Below, one piece after another: positions 18,796-29,304 of a DNA stretch of 64,000 bases. Where the stretch lies: positions 192,001-256,000 of the forward strand of contig CAVXPZ010000001.1 of NCBI GenBank assembly GCA_963763775.1, read 5' to 3'. Each line of letters starts with the position of its first letter. The first letter of the stretch is position 1. The translations under genes and the position numbers were made by a program. Under the pieces are notes generated by a model that saw only the letters and a program-made list of their open reading frames with translations, was not told the DNA's origin and made no database searches. Origin of the DNA: an uncultured Chloroflexia bacterium (GTDB lineage Bacteria; Chloroflexota; Limnocylindria; Limnocylindrales; CSP1-4).

Positions 18796-20360
18796 TGGCG
18801 ATGACCTCCACCCGACCGATCGATCCCGACGCCCTCACGCTCGACGGCGTCCTGTCGGGCGAGCTGCGCGACCGACCCGTGACGGTGCTGGGGTTCGCCC
18901 GGAGCGGCATCGCGCTGAGCCGGTTCCTCGCCGATGCCGGGGCTCGTGTGACCGTCTACGACGGCCGGCCGGCGGAGGACCTCCGTCCGGCGATCACCGC
19001 CCTCGACGGCCGGGACGTGACGTTGCTCCTCGGGCCGGAGGTCGATCCGGCGACCGCCTGGGCCGGCGCGGACCTCGTGACGACGTCGCCGTCGATCAAC
19101 CCCGACTACCCGACGACCGAGCCGCGCCTCCGGGCCGCGCTGCGGGACCTGGTGGACGCTCGGGCGGGCGGCGATCCGGCCGTCCCCGCGGTGGTCTCCG
19201 AGCCCGACCTGTTCCTTCGCCTGTGTCCGGCACCGACCATCGGGGTCACCGGCACCAAGGGCAAGACGACGACGTCCTCGTTGGCCGCGGCGATCCTGGC
19301 GGCGGACCCGTCGCATCCCGTCGTCCTCGGCGGCAACATCGGTGTGCCGATCATCGAGCGCCTGCCGACGCTGACCGTGGGCCATAGGGTCGTGGACGAG
19401 CTCTCCGAGCTCCAGCTCCCGACGTTGTCGCGCGGCACGACGGTGGCCGTCTACACGAACGTCACCGCCGACCATCTGGACCGGCACGGGTCGCTCGAGC
19501 GCTATCGCGCCGCGAAGCGGCGGCTCGCCGAGCTGGTCGACCCGGACGGCGCGATGATCCTCAACGCGGAGGACCCGGTCGTGACCGCGTATGCGGGCCT
19601 CGGCCGCGCCCCGACCGTCATGTACCGGCGCGAGCGGCCCATGCCGGGCGGCCTCGGCGTCGTCGACGGGTGGATCGTGGCCGCCGGCGTCGAACGGCTG
19701 CCGGTGGCCGGTGGCGGCCCGGCGGCGACCGGTCCGGGCGGCCGCATCATGCCGACCGGGGAGCTGGCGATCCCCGGCGCGCACAACGTCTCGAACGCCC
19801 TGGCCGCGATCGGCGTCGGGCTGCTGTTCGGCGTCGCGCCGGATGCGATCCGCGAGGCGGCGGCGGCCTTCACCGGCGTGGAGCATCGACTGGAGTCGGT
19901 CGCGCTGATCGACGGCGTCCGCTTCGTGAACGATTCGCAGGGGACGCAGCCGGACGCCGTCATCGCCGCGCTCCGGGCGTTCGACGCCCCGATCGTGCTG
20001 ATCGCCGGCGGGCGCGACAAGGACGTCGATCTGAGCGCCCTGCCGCCGGTCGTCGCGCAACGGGCCGTCGCGGCGGTGCTCATCGGCGAAAGCGGTCCGA
20101 GGCTCGAGGCGATGTTCCGAGAAGCCGGCCTCGCCGACACGCAGCGAGCGGCCACGCTCGAGGCGGCCGTCCGCATCGCCGATGGTGTCGCCCGTACGGC
20201 CCTGGCCGCCGCCGGCCCGACCGCTGATCACGCCACCGTGCTGCTGAGCCCGGCGGCGGCGAGCTTCGACATGTTCACCGACTACGCGGCGCGCGGCGCC
20301 GCCTTCAAGACGGCCGTCGCCGCGCTGGCGAAGGACCGCGCTCGAGGGAGGGACCGATGA
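18795..20360 (+). CDS. murD: UDP-MurNAc-L-Ala:D-Glu ligase
   Basis: LGFARSG, GVTGTKGKTTT, GGNIG, DHLDRH, HRLE, GGRDK, LLSPAAASFDMF. Confidence 0.93.
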   Translation: MAMTSTRPIDPDALTLDGVLSGELRDRPVTVLGFARSGIALSRFLADAGARVTVYDGRPAEDLRPAITALDGRDVTLLLGPEVDPATAWAGADLVTTSPSINPDYPTTEPRLRAALRDLVDARAGGDPAVPAVVSEPDLFLRLCPAPTIGVTGTKGKTTTSSLAAAILAADPSHPVVLGGNIGVPIIERLPTLTVGHRVVDELSELQLPTLSRGTTVAVYTNVTADHLDRHGSLERYRAAKRRLAELVDPDGAMILNAEDPVVTAYAGLGRAPTVMYRRERPMPGGLGVVDGWIVAAGVERLPVAGGGPAATGPGGRIMPTGELAIPGAHNVSNALAAIGVGLLFGVAPDAIREAAAAFTGVEHRLESVALIDGVRFVNDSQGTQPDAVIAALRAFDAPIVLIAGGRDKDVDLSALPPVVAQRAVAAVLIGESGPRLEAMFREAGLADTQRAATLEAAVRIADGVARTALAAAGPTADHATVLLSPAAASFDMFTDYAARGAAFKTAVAALAKDRARGRDR

Positions 20361-21700
20361 ATCTCGCGCCACCCATCCGCCGCCTTGGTCGGTTCGCGCC
20401 GGGCCTGCCGCAGACGGCTCCCGGCCGGACGGGGGAGCGGACCGCATCGCGGACCCCGGCCCGCGCCAGGACGGGGTCGGTCGTCCAGCGCGAACGCCAC
20501 CAGGCGGACTACGTGATCCTCGTCGTGGTCGTGGCCCTCTCCGCGATCGGCATCCTGATGGTCTACTCGTCGTCGGCGATCCGCGGCTACCTCTCGTCGG
20601 ACGCCGACACGTTCGCGACGGTCGGTCCGCAGATCCAGTGGGCGATCCTCGGCATCGTGGCGATGGCGGCGATGATGCGGGTCGACTACCGCTACCTGCG
20701 CGTGATCTCCGTCCCGTTCTTCGGGGCCGCCCTCGTGCTGCTGTTCGTCGTCCTGCTGCCGCCGATGGGACCGCTCCACCCGATCTCGGTCGGCGGGTCG
20801 GCGCGCTGGCTCCAACTGGGACCGCTGCCCGCGGTCCATCCCGCCGAGGTCGCGAAACTCGCCCTCGTCGTGTACCTCGCCCATTGGTTCGCCAAGCGCG
20901 GGACCCGGGTCGGCAACCTGTGGGGTGGCACGTTCGCCTTCCTGATCATCATCGCCCCGGTCGTCTTCCTCGTCTTCGAGGAGCCCGACCTCGGCACCAC
21001 GATGGTCATCACCCTCACGGCCTTCACGATGTTCTTCGTCGCGGGCGCGAACGTGATCCACGTCGGCGTCCTCGCGGGCGCCGGGTTCGTCGCGATGATC
21101 CTCGCGGGGCTGCAGGGCTACCAGATGGCCCGCATCCGGGCCTGGCTGGACCCGTGGTCGGACAAGCTCGGCGAGGGCTTCCACACGATCCAGGGCCTGC
21201 TCGCCCTCGGCGTGGGCGGCCTCCTCGGCAGCGGGCTCGGGCAGAGCCAGGTGTCGGTCCCCAACGCCTTCAACGACTTCGTCTTCGCCGAGGTGGGCCA
21301 GGAGTTCGGCCTCGTCGGCGGGTTCGTCGTCATCGCGCTCTTCTGTACGCTGGCGTACTCGGGCATCCGGATCGCCCTCCGCGCACCGGACACCTTCGGC
21401 GCCCTGCTGGCCGCCGGGATCACCGGCTGGCTGTGCATCCAGGCGTTCATCAACATCGGCGTCGTCGTCGCGCTCTTCCCGATCACCGGGATCACGCTCC
21501 CGTTCATCAGCGCGGGCGGCTCGTCGCTCATCATCAGCTTCGCGGCGATCGGCATCCTGTTGTCGATCTCGCGCGAGACCATCGAGAAGGGGACATGGAA
21601 CGACGATGCGATCGGTGATCGTCGGCGGGGGGACGGGCGGGCACATCTACCCGGCTCTGGCCGTGGCCACGTCACTCCGCGCCCGTCCGGACGCGCCTGA
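20357..21700 (+). CDS. ftsW: Peptidoglycan glycosyltransferase FtsW
   Basis: MVYSSS, GSARW, HPAEVAK, EPDLGT, DFVFAEVGQEFG, TGITLPFISAGGSS; C-terminal tail overlaps murG. Confidence 0.95.
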   Translation: MNLAPPIRRLGRFAPGLPQTAPGRTGERTASRTPARARTGSVVQRERHQADYVILVVVVALSAIGILMVYSSSAIRGYLSSDADTFATVGPQIQWAILGIVAMAAMMRVDYRYLRVISVPFFGAALVLLFVVLLPPMGPLHPISVGGSARWLQLGPLPAVHPAEVAKLALVVYLAHWFAKRGTRVGNLWGGTFAFLIIIAPVVFLVFEEPDLGTTMVITLTAFTMFFVAGANVIHVGVLAGAGFVAMILAGLQGYQMARIRAWLDPWSDKLGEGFHTIQGLLALGVGGLLGSGLGQSQVSVPNAFNDFVFAEVGQEFGLVGGFVVIALFCTLAYSGIRIALRAPDTFGALLAAGITGWLCIQAFINIGVVVALFPITGITLPFISAGGSSLIISFAAIGILLSISRETIEKGTWNDDAIGDRRRGDGRAHLPGSGRGHVTPRPSGRA

Positions 21701-22766
21701 GCTCAGCTGGATCGGCGGCCACCGGGGGTTGGAGGGGACGATCGTCCCGCCGACCGGGATCCCCATGCGCCGACTCGCCCTGCGCTCGCTGCGGACGACC
21801 GAGCTCGACGCCCACGTCGTCCTCGACCCTCTCCGGCTCGGGGTGTCGGTCCCGCAAGCGGCGGCGATCCTGGCTCGCGTCCGCCCGGCGGCCATCTTCA
21901 CGACCGGCGGGTACGTCGCGGTACCCGTCCTGCTGGCGGCGGCGCCGCTCGGGATCCCGGTGGTCCTCTGGGACGGCAACGTCGTCCCCGGTCGCGCCGT
22001 GCGCGCCACGGCTCGGCTGGCCGACGTGCTCGCGGTGGCCTTCGAGGCCACGTGCGCGACCCTCGGTCGCGCCGCGCCTGGCGTTCCCTGCTACCTCACG
22101 GGGACGCCGATCCGCGAGACCCGGGACATCGACCGCGAGGCGGCTCGCGCCAGCCTGGCGATCCCGGCCGCCGAGCGCGTCCTGCTCATCTTCGGCGGCT
22201 CCCAGGCGGTCCGGCGCTTCAACACGGCCGTCTCCGGGGCCATCGGCCGGCTGGTCGAGCGCGGCACCGTCATCCATGTGACGGGCGACGACGCGTACGC
22301 CGCCGCCCTGACCGACCGTGAGGCGCTGCCGGCATCCGTGCGGGCGCGATACCGCCCGTACCCGTTCCTGCGCGACGAGATGCTCGCCGCCCTCGCGTCG
22401 GCGGACCTCGTGGTCGGACGGGCGGGCTCGTCGACGCTCGCGGAGGTCACCGCGCTCGGGATCCCGATGGTGGTCGTCCCGTACCCGCACGCCGCCGGCC
22501 ACCAGCGAGCCAACGCGAAGGCGCTCGCCGACGCCGGCGCGGCGCGGCTCATCGAAGACGACGCGTTCGACGCCGACGCCCTGCTCGGCGCGGCCGCCAT
22601 CCTCGACGACCCGACCGCGCACGTCACGATGGCCGCGGCCGCGCGCGCGCTCGGCCGGCCGGGGGCGGCCGACGCGGTCGCGGACCTCGTGATGGCCGCG
22701 GCCCTCCGGCGACCCCTGCCGGATGCGGCGAGCATCGACCGTCGATCCCGCGGGGCGGCGGCATGA
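21606..22766 (+). CDS. murG: Lipid I GlcNAc transferase
   Basis: GGGTGGHIYP, TGGYVA, FGGSQ, GRAGSST, HQRANA. Confidence 0.95.
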   Translation: MRSVIVGGGTGGHIYPALAVATSLRARPDAPELSWIGGHRGLEGTIVPPTGIPMRRLALRSLRTTELDAHVVLDPLRLGVSVPQAAAILARVRPAAIFTTGGYVAVPVLLAAAPLGIPVVLWDGNVVPGRAVRATARLADVLAVAFEATCATLGRAAPGVPCYLTGTPIRETRDIDREAARASLAIPAAERVLLIFGGSQAVRRFNTAVSGAIGRLVERGTVIHVTGDDAYAAALTDREALPASVRARYRPYPFLRDEMLAALASADLVVGRAGSSTLAEVTALGIPMVVVPYPHAAGHQRANAKALADAGAARLIEDDAFDADALLGAAAILDDPTAHVTMAAAARALGRPGAADAVADLVMAAALRRPLPDAASIDRRSRGAAA

Positions 22767-23717
22767 CGGTGGCGTTCGACGCGGTCGCCCTCGGCACCGA
22801 CATCCAGCGGCGGATCGGCGTCAAGACGTCGCGCGACGAGCCGCTCGGGCGGTTCACGACGATGCGCGTCGGCGGGCCGGCCGACCTGTTCGCCGTCGCG
22901 CACAACGCCTTCGAGTTGCGCGCGCTCGTCCGGTTCGCCCGGACCCGGGCCGTGCGCGCATCTCGTGCTCGGGCGGGGGAGCGATGTCGTGATCAGCGAC
23001 GCCGGGGTCCGCGGGCTGGTCATCCAGAACCGCTCGGAGGGCTCGCGCGTCGAGGGCGAGCGCTACACGGCGGAGTCCGGCGTGCCGATGGCCCGAGCCG
23101 CCACGGAGACCCAGCGGGCCGGCCTGACCGGTCTGGAGTTCGGGCTGGCCATCCCGGGGACCGTGGGCGGGGCCGTGTGGGCCAACGCCGGGGCGCACGA
23201 CGCCGACATCGCGGGGATCCTCGAGTCGGCCAGGGTCCTCGATCCGGCCGGCGACGAGGCGGTCGTGCCGGCCGACGGCCTCGGCCTCGCGTACCGCGAC
23301 AGCCGACTCAAGCATCCGGTGCGCACCGACGCGCCGGAGCTCGTGATCGAGGCGACGTTCCGGCTGGCGCCCGCCGACGCGGAGGCGATCAAGGTGCGCC
23401 TCGACGAGATCCGCCACTGGCGCCAGGCCCACCAGCCGCTCGGTCTGCCCTCCGCCGGCAGCGTCTTCCGCAACCCGGCCGGCGAGTCGGCCGGACGACT
23501 CATCGACGAGGCCGGGCTGAAGGGGATGCGGATCGGCGGCGCCGTGGTCTCCGAGAAGCACGCGAACTTCGTGGTGAACGACCGGAAGGGGACGGCGGCG
23601 GATGTCCGCCGGTTGATGGACCATGTCCGTGCCGAGATCGCCGCGCGCACGGGCATCCTGCTCGAGTACGAGGTCGAGTTCCTCGGCGACTGGTCCGGAT
23701 GGGAGGCGAGCGCATGA
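22763..23717 (+). CDS. murB: UDP-N-acetylenolpyruvoylglucosamine reductase (indel near 22960)
   Basis: FTTMRVGGPAD in one frame; LGRGSD, IPGTVGGAVWANAGA, SAGSVFRNP, SEKHANF in the next. Confidence 0.93.
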
Positions 23718-24836
23718 GCCCGAGCGGCCGTCGCGTCGTCGTCGTCTACGGCGGTCCCTCGGCGGAGCACGACGTCTCGATCGTGTCCGGGACCGCGATC
23801 GCCGAGGCCCTGGCCGGCGCCGGCTTCCCGGTCGACCAACGGCTCATCGACCTGGCTGGCTCGTGGTGGACGATGCCCGACCGGGCATCGACGGGAGGGT
23901 CGCCCGCAGGCCGACTACGACGATCCCCGCGCGCTTGGCGCCACCGGCCCGGCGACCGTCGGGGCCGCCATCGAGGCGATCGCCGGGGCTGACGACCGCC
24001 CGGTCGTGTTCATCGCGCTCCACGGGCCGTTCGGCGAGGACGGCACGATCCAGGCGATGCTCGAGGCCGTCGGCCTCGCGTACACCGGATCCGGCGTCGC
24101 GGCGTCGGCCATCGGGATGGACAAGGCGATCTTCAAGCGACTGTGCCGGGGGATCGGCCTGCCCGTCGTCGACTGGCGCGAGGTGCGCGCCGAGCGTTGG
24201 ACCATGGATCCGAACGCGGTCCGAGCGGAGCTCGAGGCGTTCGCCGGCGGCGCGACCGACCACCGACTGATGGTCAAGCCGGCCCGACTGGGCAGCTCGT
24301 TGGGGATGACCCTCGTCCACGAGCCTGGGGAGCTGCCGGCGGCCCTCGACCTGGCGCTGGGCTACGACACCCTGGCGCTCGTCGAGACCTACATCCCGGG
24401 AGCCCGCGACCTGGAGGTCGCCGTCATCGGGAACGACCCGTCGGCGCTCGAGCTCTACGGACCCGGCGAGATCGTCGCCGGCCACGAGTTCTACGACTAC
24501 GCGGCGAAGTACACGCCGGGCCTGTCCGAGACGACGACGACCGCCGAAGTCAGCACGGCCCAGCGCGCGTCGCTCCTCAAGATCGCGCGCGACTGCTATC
24601 GGGCGATCGGCGCCGAGGGCTTCGCGCGGGTGGACTTCCTGCTGGCCGGCGAGGCGATCTACCTGTCCGAGATCAACACGATCCCGGGGTTCACGCCGAT
24701 CAGCCTGTTCCCGACCCTGCCCGCGGCGGCTGGGTACTCGTTCGTCGACGTGTGCGTCCGCGTCGTCGAGCTGGCGGCGGCGCGCCACGCCGCGCGGGTC
24801 ACGCGCACCCTCGGTCCGGCGGACCTGGCCCGGTGA
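23714..24836 (+). CDS. ddl: D-alanine:D-alanine ligase (indels near 23885-23915)
   Basis: YGGPSAEHDVS in one frame; LHGPFGEDG, MDK, VKPARLGSS, FYDYAAKY, EINTIPG in another. Confidence 0.93.
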
Positions 24837-25705
24837 GGGGCCGATCCGCCGCGCGCCGCCCGATGCCGACGGGTCCGGGGCGGCGGACCCGGCCGGTCCG
24901 GCGTGCGTCGGGCCGCATCACGCCGCTGCGCGTCGCTTCGGCCTTCGTCCTGGTCCTCGCGATCGTCGCGATCTACGGCGCGGTCACGACGTCGGCCTTC
25001 GCCTACACCCGGCTCCGCGTCGACGGGGCGAGCTACACCAAGAGCGCCGACGTGGCCGCGGCGCTCGACACCGTGCGCGGCCGCAACCTGTTCTCGATCG
25101 AGACGATGCCACTGCGTGACGACCTCGAGGCGCTGGCCACGGTCGCGCGCGCCAGAGTCGATGTCGAACTGCCCGACACGCTCGCGGTGACGCTCGAGGA
25201 GCGCGAGCCGATCCTCGTGTGGAAGGCCGGCGACCGCCGGTTCCTGGTGGCGTCCGACGGCACGCTCTTCGCCGAGCTGCCGAGCGACCCACCGGCCGAT
25301 GCCGCCGCCCTGCCGGTCGTCGACGACCGCCGCGCGAACTCGAGCCTGCTCGACGTCGGGTTCACCCTCGACCCGGTCGACCTCGACGCCGCCACGCGAC
25401 TCGGGTCGCTCGTGCCGGCGGACGTCGGCAGCGAGGCCGAGCACCTCGCGGTCTCGCTCACCGATGAGAACGGCTACGTCGTCAAACCGACCAACGGCTC
25501 GTGGTCGGCCGTCTTCGGCTTCTACACCCCGAGCCTGCGCACGCCCGAGCTGGTCCCGGGCCAGGTCCGCCTCCTGCGCAGCCTGCTCATCGGGCGCGAG
25601 CCCCTGCTGGACCGCGTGATCCTCGCGAACGAGACCGACGGGACGTACACCGTGAAGCCGACGCCGAAGCCGTCCGCCACGCCGCGCCCGAGCGTGGCGC
25701 CGTGA
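24833..25705 (+). CDS. ftsQ: FtsQ/DivIB-type POTRA domain protein
   Basis: GTGA overlap with ddl; basic N-terminus, TM helix, POTRA ending LPDTLAVTLEERE. Confidence 0.85.
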   Translation: MRGRSAARRPMPTGPGRRTRPVRRASGRITPLRVASAFVLVLAIVAIYGAVTTSAFAYTRLRVDGASYTKSADVAAALDTVRGRNLFSIETMPLRDDLEALATVARARVDVELPDTLAVTLEEREPILVWKAGDRRFLVASDGTLFAELPSDPPADAAALPVVDDRRANSSLLDVGFTLDPVDLDAATRLGSLVPADVGSEAEHLAVSLTDENGYVVKPTNGSWSAVFGFYTPSLRTPELVPGQVRLLRSLLIGREPLLDRVILANETDGTYTVKPTPKPSATPRPSVAP

Positions 25706-25787
25706 CCTACCGCGCGCCGCCGGTTGCCGCGCCATCGCACGGTCGGGTAGCCTTGCCCAAACCTACTGGAACGAGGTCGACGTCGGC

Positions 25788-26111
25788 GTGCTGCTTCCCC
25801 TGCTCGGGCTCCTCGTGGGCGTCCTGGCGGGCCTCGTCCTCAACGTCAACGTCAGCTACGAGCTCAGCCGGTACTCCGCGGTCGCGATCCTCGCCGCCCT
25901 CGACTCGGTCCTCGGCGCGGTCCGTGCAGAGCTGGACGGGGTCTACGACAATCGGATCTTCATCAGCGGGTTCCTGGTCAACGCGATCGCGGCCGTGCTC
26001 CTGACCTTCATCGGCGACCGACTCGGCCTCGACCTGTACCTGGTGGCCCTCATCACCTTCGGCCTGCGCATCTTCAACAACCTGGCGCTGATCCGGCGCC
26101 ACTTCCTCTAG
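25788..26111 (+). CDS. DUF1290 / small basic protein (Sbp) family
   Basis: YSAVAILAALDSVLGAVRA, FISGF, GLRIFNNLALIRR. Confidence 0.85.
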   Translation: MLLPLLGLLVGVLAGLVLNVNVSYELSRYSAVAILAALDSVLGAVRAELDGVYDNRIFISGFLVNAIAAVLLTFIGDRLGLDLYLVALITFGLRIFNNLALIRRHFL

Positions 26112-26141
26112 AGACCGAACCGGACGGGAGAGACGGACAAG

Positions 26142-27384
26142 ATGGTGGAACGCGAAGCGGTCCTCGTCGGCATCGACGTCGGCACGAGCAAGGTCTGCGC
26201 GCTCATCGGCGAGGTGAGCCGCGACGGCCGGCTGACGATCATGGGCCACGGGACGGTCCCCGCGTCCGGTCTCAAGAAGGGCGTCGTCATCAACATCGAC
26301 CAGACGATCCGCTCGATCGCCGATGCCGTGGAGCGCGCCGAGCGCCTGTCCGGCTGGAAGATCGACCGGGCGTTCGTGGGCGTCGGCGGCCAGCACGTCG
26401 AGAGCCTCAACTCGCCCGGGCAGGTCGCGGTCACCGCCCACCATCGCGAGGTCACCCGCGAGGACGTCAACCGCGCGATCGAGGTGGCCCGCGCCGTCTC
26501 GATCCCGTCGAACCGCGAGGTGCTCCACGTCGAGCGCCGCGGGTTCACCGTCGACGGACAGGAGGGTGTCAAGGACCCGCTCGGGATGAGCGCCCTGCGC
26601 CTCGAGGTCGAGACCCACATCGTCACGGCGTCCGCGACCGCGGTCCAGAACCTGACCAAGTGCGTGACCGCGGCCGGTGTGAAGATCGACGAGCTCGTCG
26701 CCGACTCCCTGGCCTCGGCCGAGGCCGTGCTGTCCGAGACCGAGAAGGAGCTCGGGCGTCGCCGTGGCCGACATCGGCGCCGGGACCATCGACCTCGCGC
26801 TGTTCCAGGACGGCTCGCCGTTCCACACGCGCGTCCTGCCGGTCGGTGGCAACAACGTCACCAACGACGTCGCCATCGGGCTCAAGACGAGCCTGCAGGT
26901 CGCCGAGGAACTCAAGATCCGGCACGGCACCGCCGACCTGCGCGCGGTCGAGGAAGAGGACGACGAGGAGATCAGCGTGTCGGTCCTCGGCGAGGACGCG
27001 GGGCGCACCGTGAGCCGGCTCGAGGTCTGCCAGATCATCGAGGCCCGCATGCGCGAGACGTTCGAGCTGCTCGGCAACGAGATCCGCGCGGCGGGCGTCG
27101 GCATGCTCCCGGCCGGGATCATCCTGACCGGCGGCGCCGCCCAGCTCGCGGGCGTCGCCGAGCTCGGACGGAGCGTCCTCCAGATGCCGGTCCGGGTCGC
27201 CGCGCCGTCGGGCATCGGCGGCCTCGTCGACACGCTACTCGAGCCGTCCTACAGCACCTCGGTCGGCCTGCTGCTCTGGGGCGCCAAGGTGCTCTCGGGC
27301 GACGAGCCGATGCGCTACGAGTCGGCGCCCGGCAACGGCGGGATCGGGCGACTCCGCGACGCCCTGCGGAGCATCTTCCCGTAA
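26142..27384 (+). CDS. ftsA: Cell division protein FtsA (single extra base near 26755)
   Basis: GIDVGTSKV, GLKKG, DPLGMS..LEVETHIV, then after the shift DIGAGT, PVGGNNVTND, IIEARMRE, LTGGAA. Confidence 0.95.
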
Positions 27385-27788
27385 GGACCCGCGAGCTCAC
27401 GGTCCGCACCGGGTCGGCACCGGCCCTGGCCGACATCACCGACGCCTGCGCCGCGTTCGTCGCCGATGCCGGCGACGGGCTCCTGTCGGTCTTCGTGCCC
27501 CATGCGACGGCCGGCGTGGTCGTCGTCGAGGTCGGCGCCGGCTCCGACCAGGACCTGCTCGCCGCGCTCGAACGGCTGCTGCCCCGGGAGGAGCGCCTCT
27601 ACCGGCACCGGCACGGGTCCCCCGGACATGGGGCGGACCATGTCCTGCCGTTGCTGGCGGCGCCGTCGCTGACGGTGCCGGTCGTCGGCGGACGGATCGC
27701 CCTCGGGACGTGGCAGTCGATCTGCCTCCTCGACCCCAACGGCGACAACGCGGTCCGGACGGTCCGCCTGAGCTTCCTCGCCGGCTGA
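27381..27788 (+). CDS. yjbQ: YjbQ/UPF0047 family protein (no canonical start at the expected position)
   Basis: FVPHATAG, YRHRHGSPGHGADH, LGTWQSI; the homologous region begins at GTA overlapping the ftsA stop. Confidence 0.8.
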   Translation, partial: VRTRELTVRTGSAPALADITDACAAFVADAGDGLLSVFVPHATAGVVVVEVGAGSDQDLLAALERLLPREERLYRHRHGSPGHGADHVLPLLAAPSLTVPVVGGRIALGTWQSICLLDPNGDNAVRTVRLSFLAG

Positions 27789-28007
27789 CCGGGACGGGTC
27801 GGCGCCGGCGCGGGTCGGCCGTCGGTGCGCCCTCGCACCGGAGGCTGGCGGTCACCCGCCCGCCGGGCTCGGGAGGCTTGTCGCGTTCGCGGGGTCGGGC
27901 GGTATACTCCGTCCCTACACGAGCGCCCCGGACCGCCCGCTGTCCCCTCGCGGATCCGGCCGAACACCGAGAATCACGCCCCGCGTGGGTCGTTGAAGGA
28001 GAGCCCG

Positions 28008-29240
28008 ATGTCGCTGCGGTCCGACTCCGAGAACTTCGCGCTGATCCGCGTCATCGGGGTCGGTGGTGGTGGCAGTAACGCCGTCAATCGGATGATCCGG
28101 GCCGAGATGATGGGCGTGGAGTTCATCGCCTGCAACACGGACTCGCAGGCGCTCCTGCAGTCGGACGCGCCGCACAAGATCCGCATCGGCGACAAGGTCA
28201 CGCGCGGGCTCGGTGCCGGCGGCGACTCGACGGTCGGGCAGCGGTCGGCCGAGGAGGACTCCGAGAAGATCGCGGAGGCGCTCGCCGACTCGGACATGGT
28301 GTTCATCACGGCCGGCCTGGGCGGCGGCACCGGCTCAGGCGCCGCACCGGTGGTCGCGCAGATCGCGAAGGAGAGCGGGGCCCTCACCATCGGCGTCGTG
28401 ACCAAGCCGTTCGCGTTCGAGGGCAACAAGCGCAAGCTCGTCGCCGAGAAGGCGGCCGAGGAGCTCAAGGGCCAGGTCGACGCGCTCATCACGATCCCCA
28501 ACGACCGGCTCAAGGACGTCGTCCAGAAGAACACGAGCATCCTCGACGCGTTCCGTGTCGTCGACGACGTGCTTCGCCAGGGCGTGCAGGGCATCAGCGA
28601 CATCATCACCGTGCCCGGCCTGATCAACTCCGACTTCGCCGACGTGCGCGCGATCATGAAGGACGCCGGTTCCGCCCTCATGGGCATCGGCCGCGCGTCC
28701 GGCGAGAACCGGGCGGTCGACGCCGCGCGGATGGCCATCGCCAGCCCGCTGCTCGAGCTCGACATCAACGGCGCCCAGGGCATCCTCTGGAACATCACGG
28801 GCTCCTCGAACCTGTCGCTGTTCGAGGTGCAGGAGGCGGCCGAGGCCATCAAGGAGGCCGCGGACCCCGAGGCCAACATCATCTTCGGGACCAGCTTCAA
28901 TGAGCGGCTCGGCGACGAGGTCATGGTCACGGTCATCGCGACCGGCTTCGATGGCGGCCGGAAGCACCAGCGTGCGGGCCGCGAGGCCACCGGCGTCATG
29001 GATACGGCGGCCACGGGCCGACAGCCGCGAGAGCGCGACTTCCTCGAGGAGCTGCAGCGCCAGCGCGACGAGGCGATCGACCTCGGCGGTGACGGTTCGC
29101 ATCGCGAGGACCAGGCGGCGGCCGTCGCCGTCGGGGTGCCGCGGGTCGAGCGGAGCGTCGGCGAGCCGGCCCCGCCGAAGCGCGCGACCACCTACGACGC
29201 GGACGACCTGGAGATCCCGAGCTTCCTGCGCCGCAAGTAG
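28008..29240 (+). CDS. ftsZ: Cell division protein FtsZ
   Basis: [24 protein letters not shown]-terminal [10 protein letters not shown]; RBS AAGGAG; -10 TATACT at 27903. Confidence 0.98.
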   Translation: MSLRSDSENFALIRVIGVGGGGSNAVNRMIRAEMMGVEFIACNTDSQALLQSDAPHKIRIGDKVTRGLGAGGDSTVGQRSAEEDSEKIAEALADSDMVFITAGLGGGTGSGAAPVVAQIAKESGALTIGVVTKPFAFEGNKRKLVAEKAAEELKGQVDALITIPNDRLKDVVQKNTSILDAFRVVDDVLRQGVQGISDIITVPGLINSDFADVRAIMKDAGSALMGIGRASGENRAVDAARMAIASPLLELDINGAQGILWNITGSSNLSLFEVQEAAEAIKEAADPEANIIFGTSFNERLGDEVMVTVIATGFDGGRKHQRAGREATGVMDTAATGRQPRERDFLEELQRQRDEAIDLGGDGSHREDQAAAVAVGVPRVERSVGEPAPPKRATTYDADDLEIPSFLRRK

Positions 29241-29304
29241 TCCTCCGGCGGGTGGCTCGCCGGGTCATCGCCCCCGCCGACCGAGCGCACGTGGCGGTCG
29301 CTCC

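Noticed and set aside
21606-21700. 95-bp ftsW/murG overlap
   Set aside because: The overlapping FtsW tail is low-complexity and follows the last conserved TM motif; both genes are complete, so no extra system is implied.
26142-27788. Apparent FtsA-YjbQ fusion ORF (548 aa)
   Set aside because: Created by one extra base near 26755; the middle is off-frame Arg-rich text and the real FtsA C-terminal half is in another frame.
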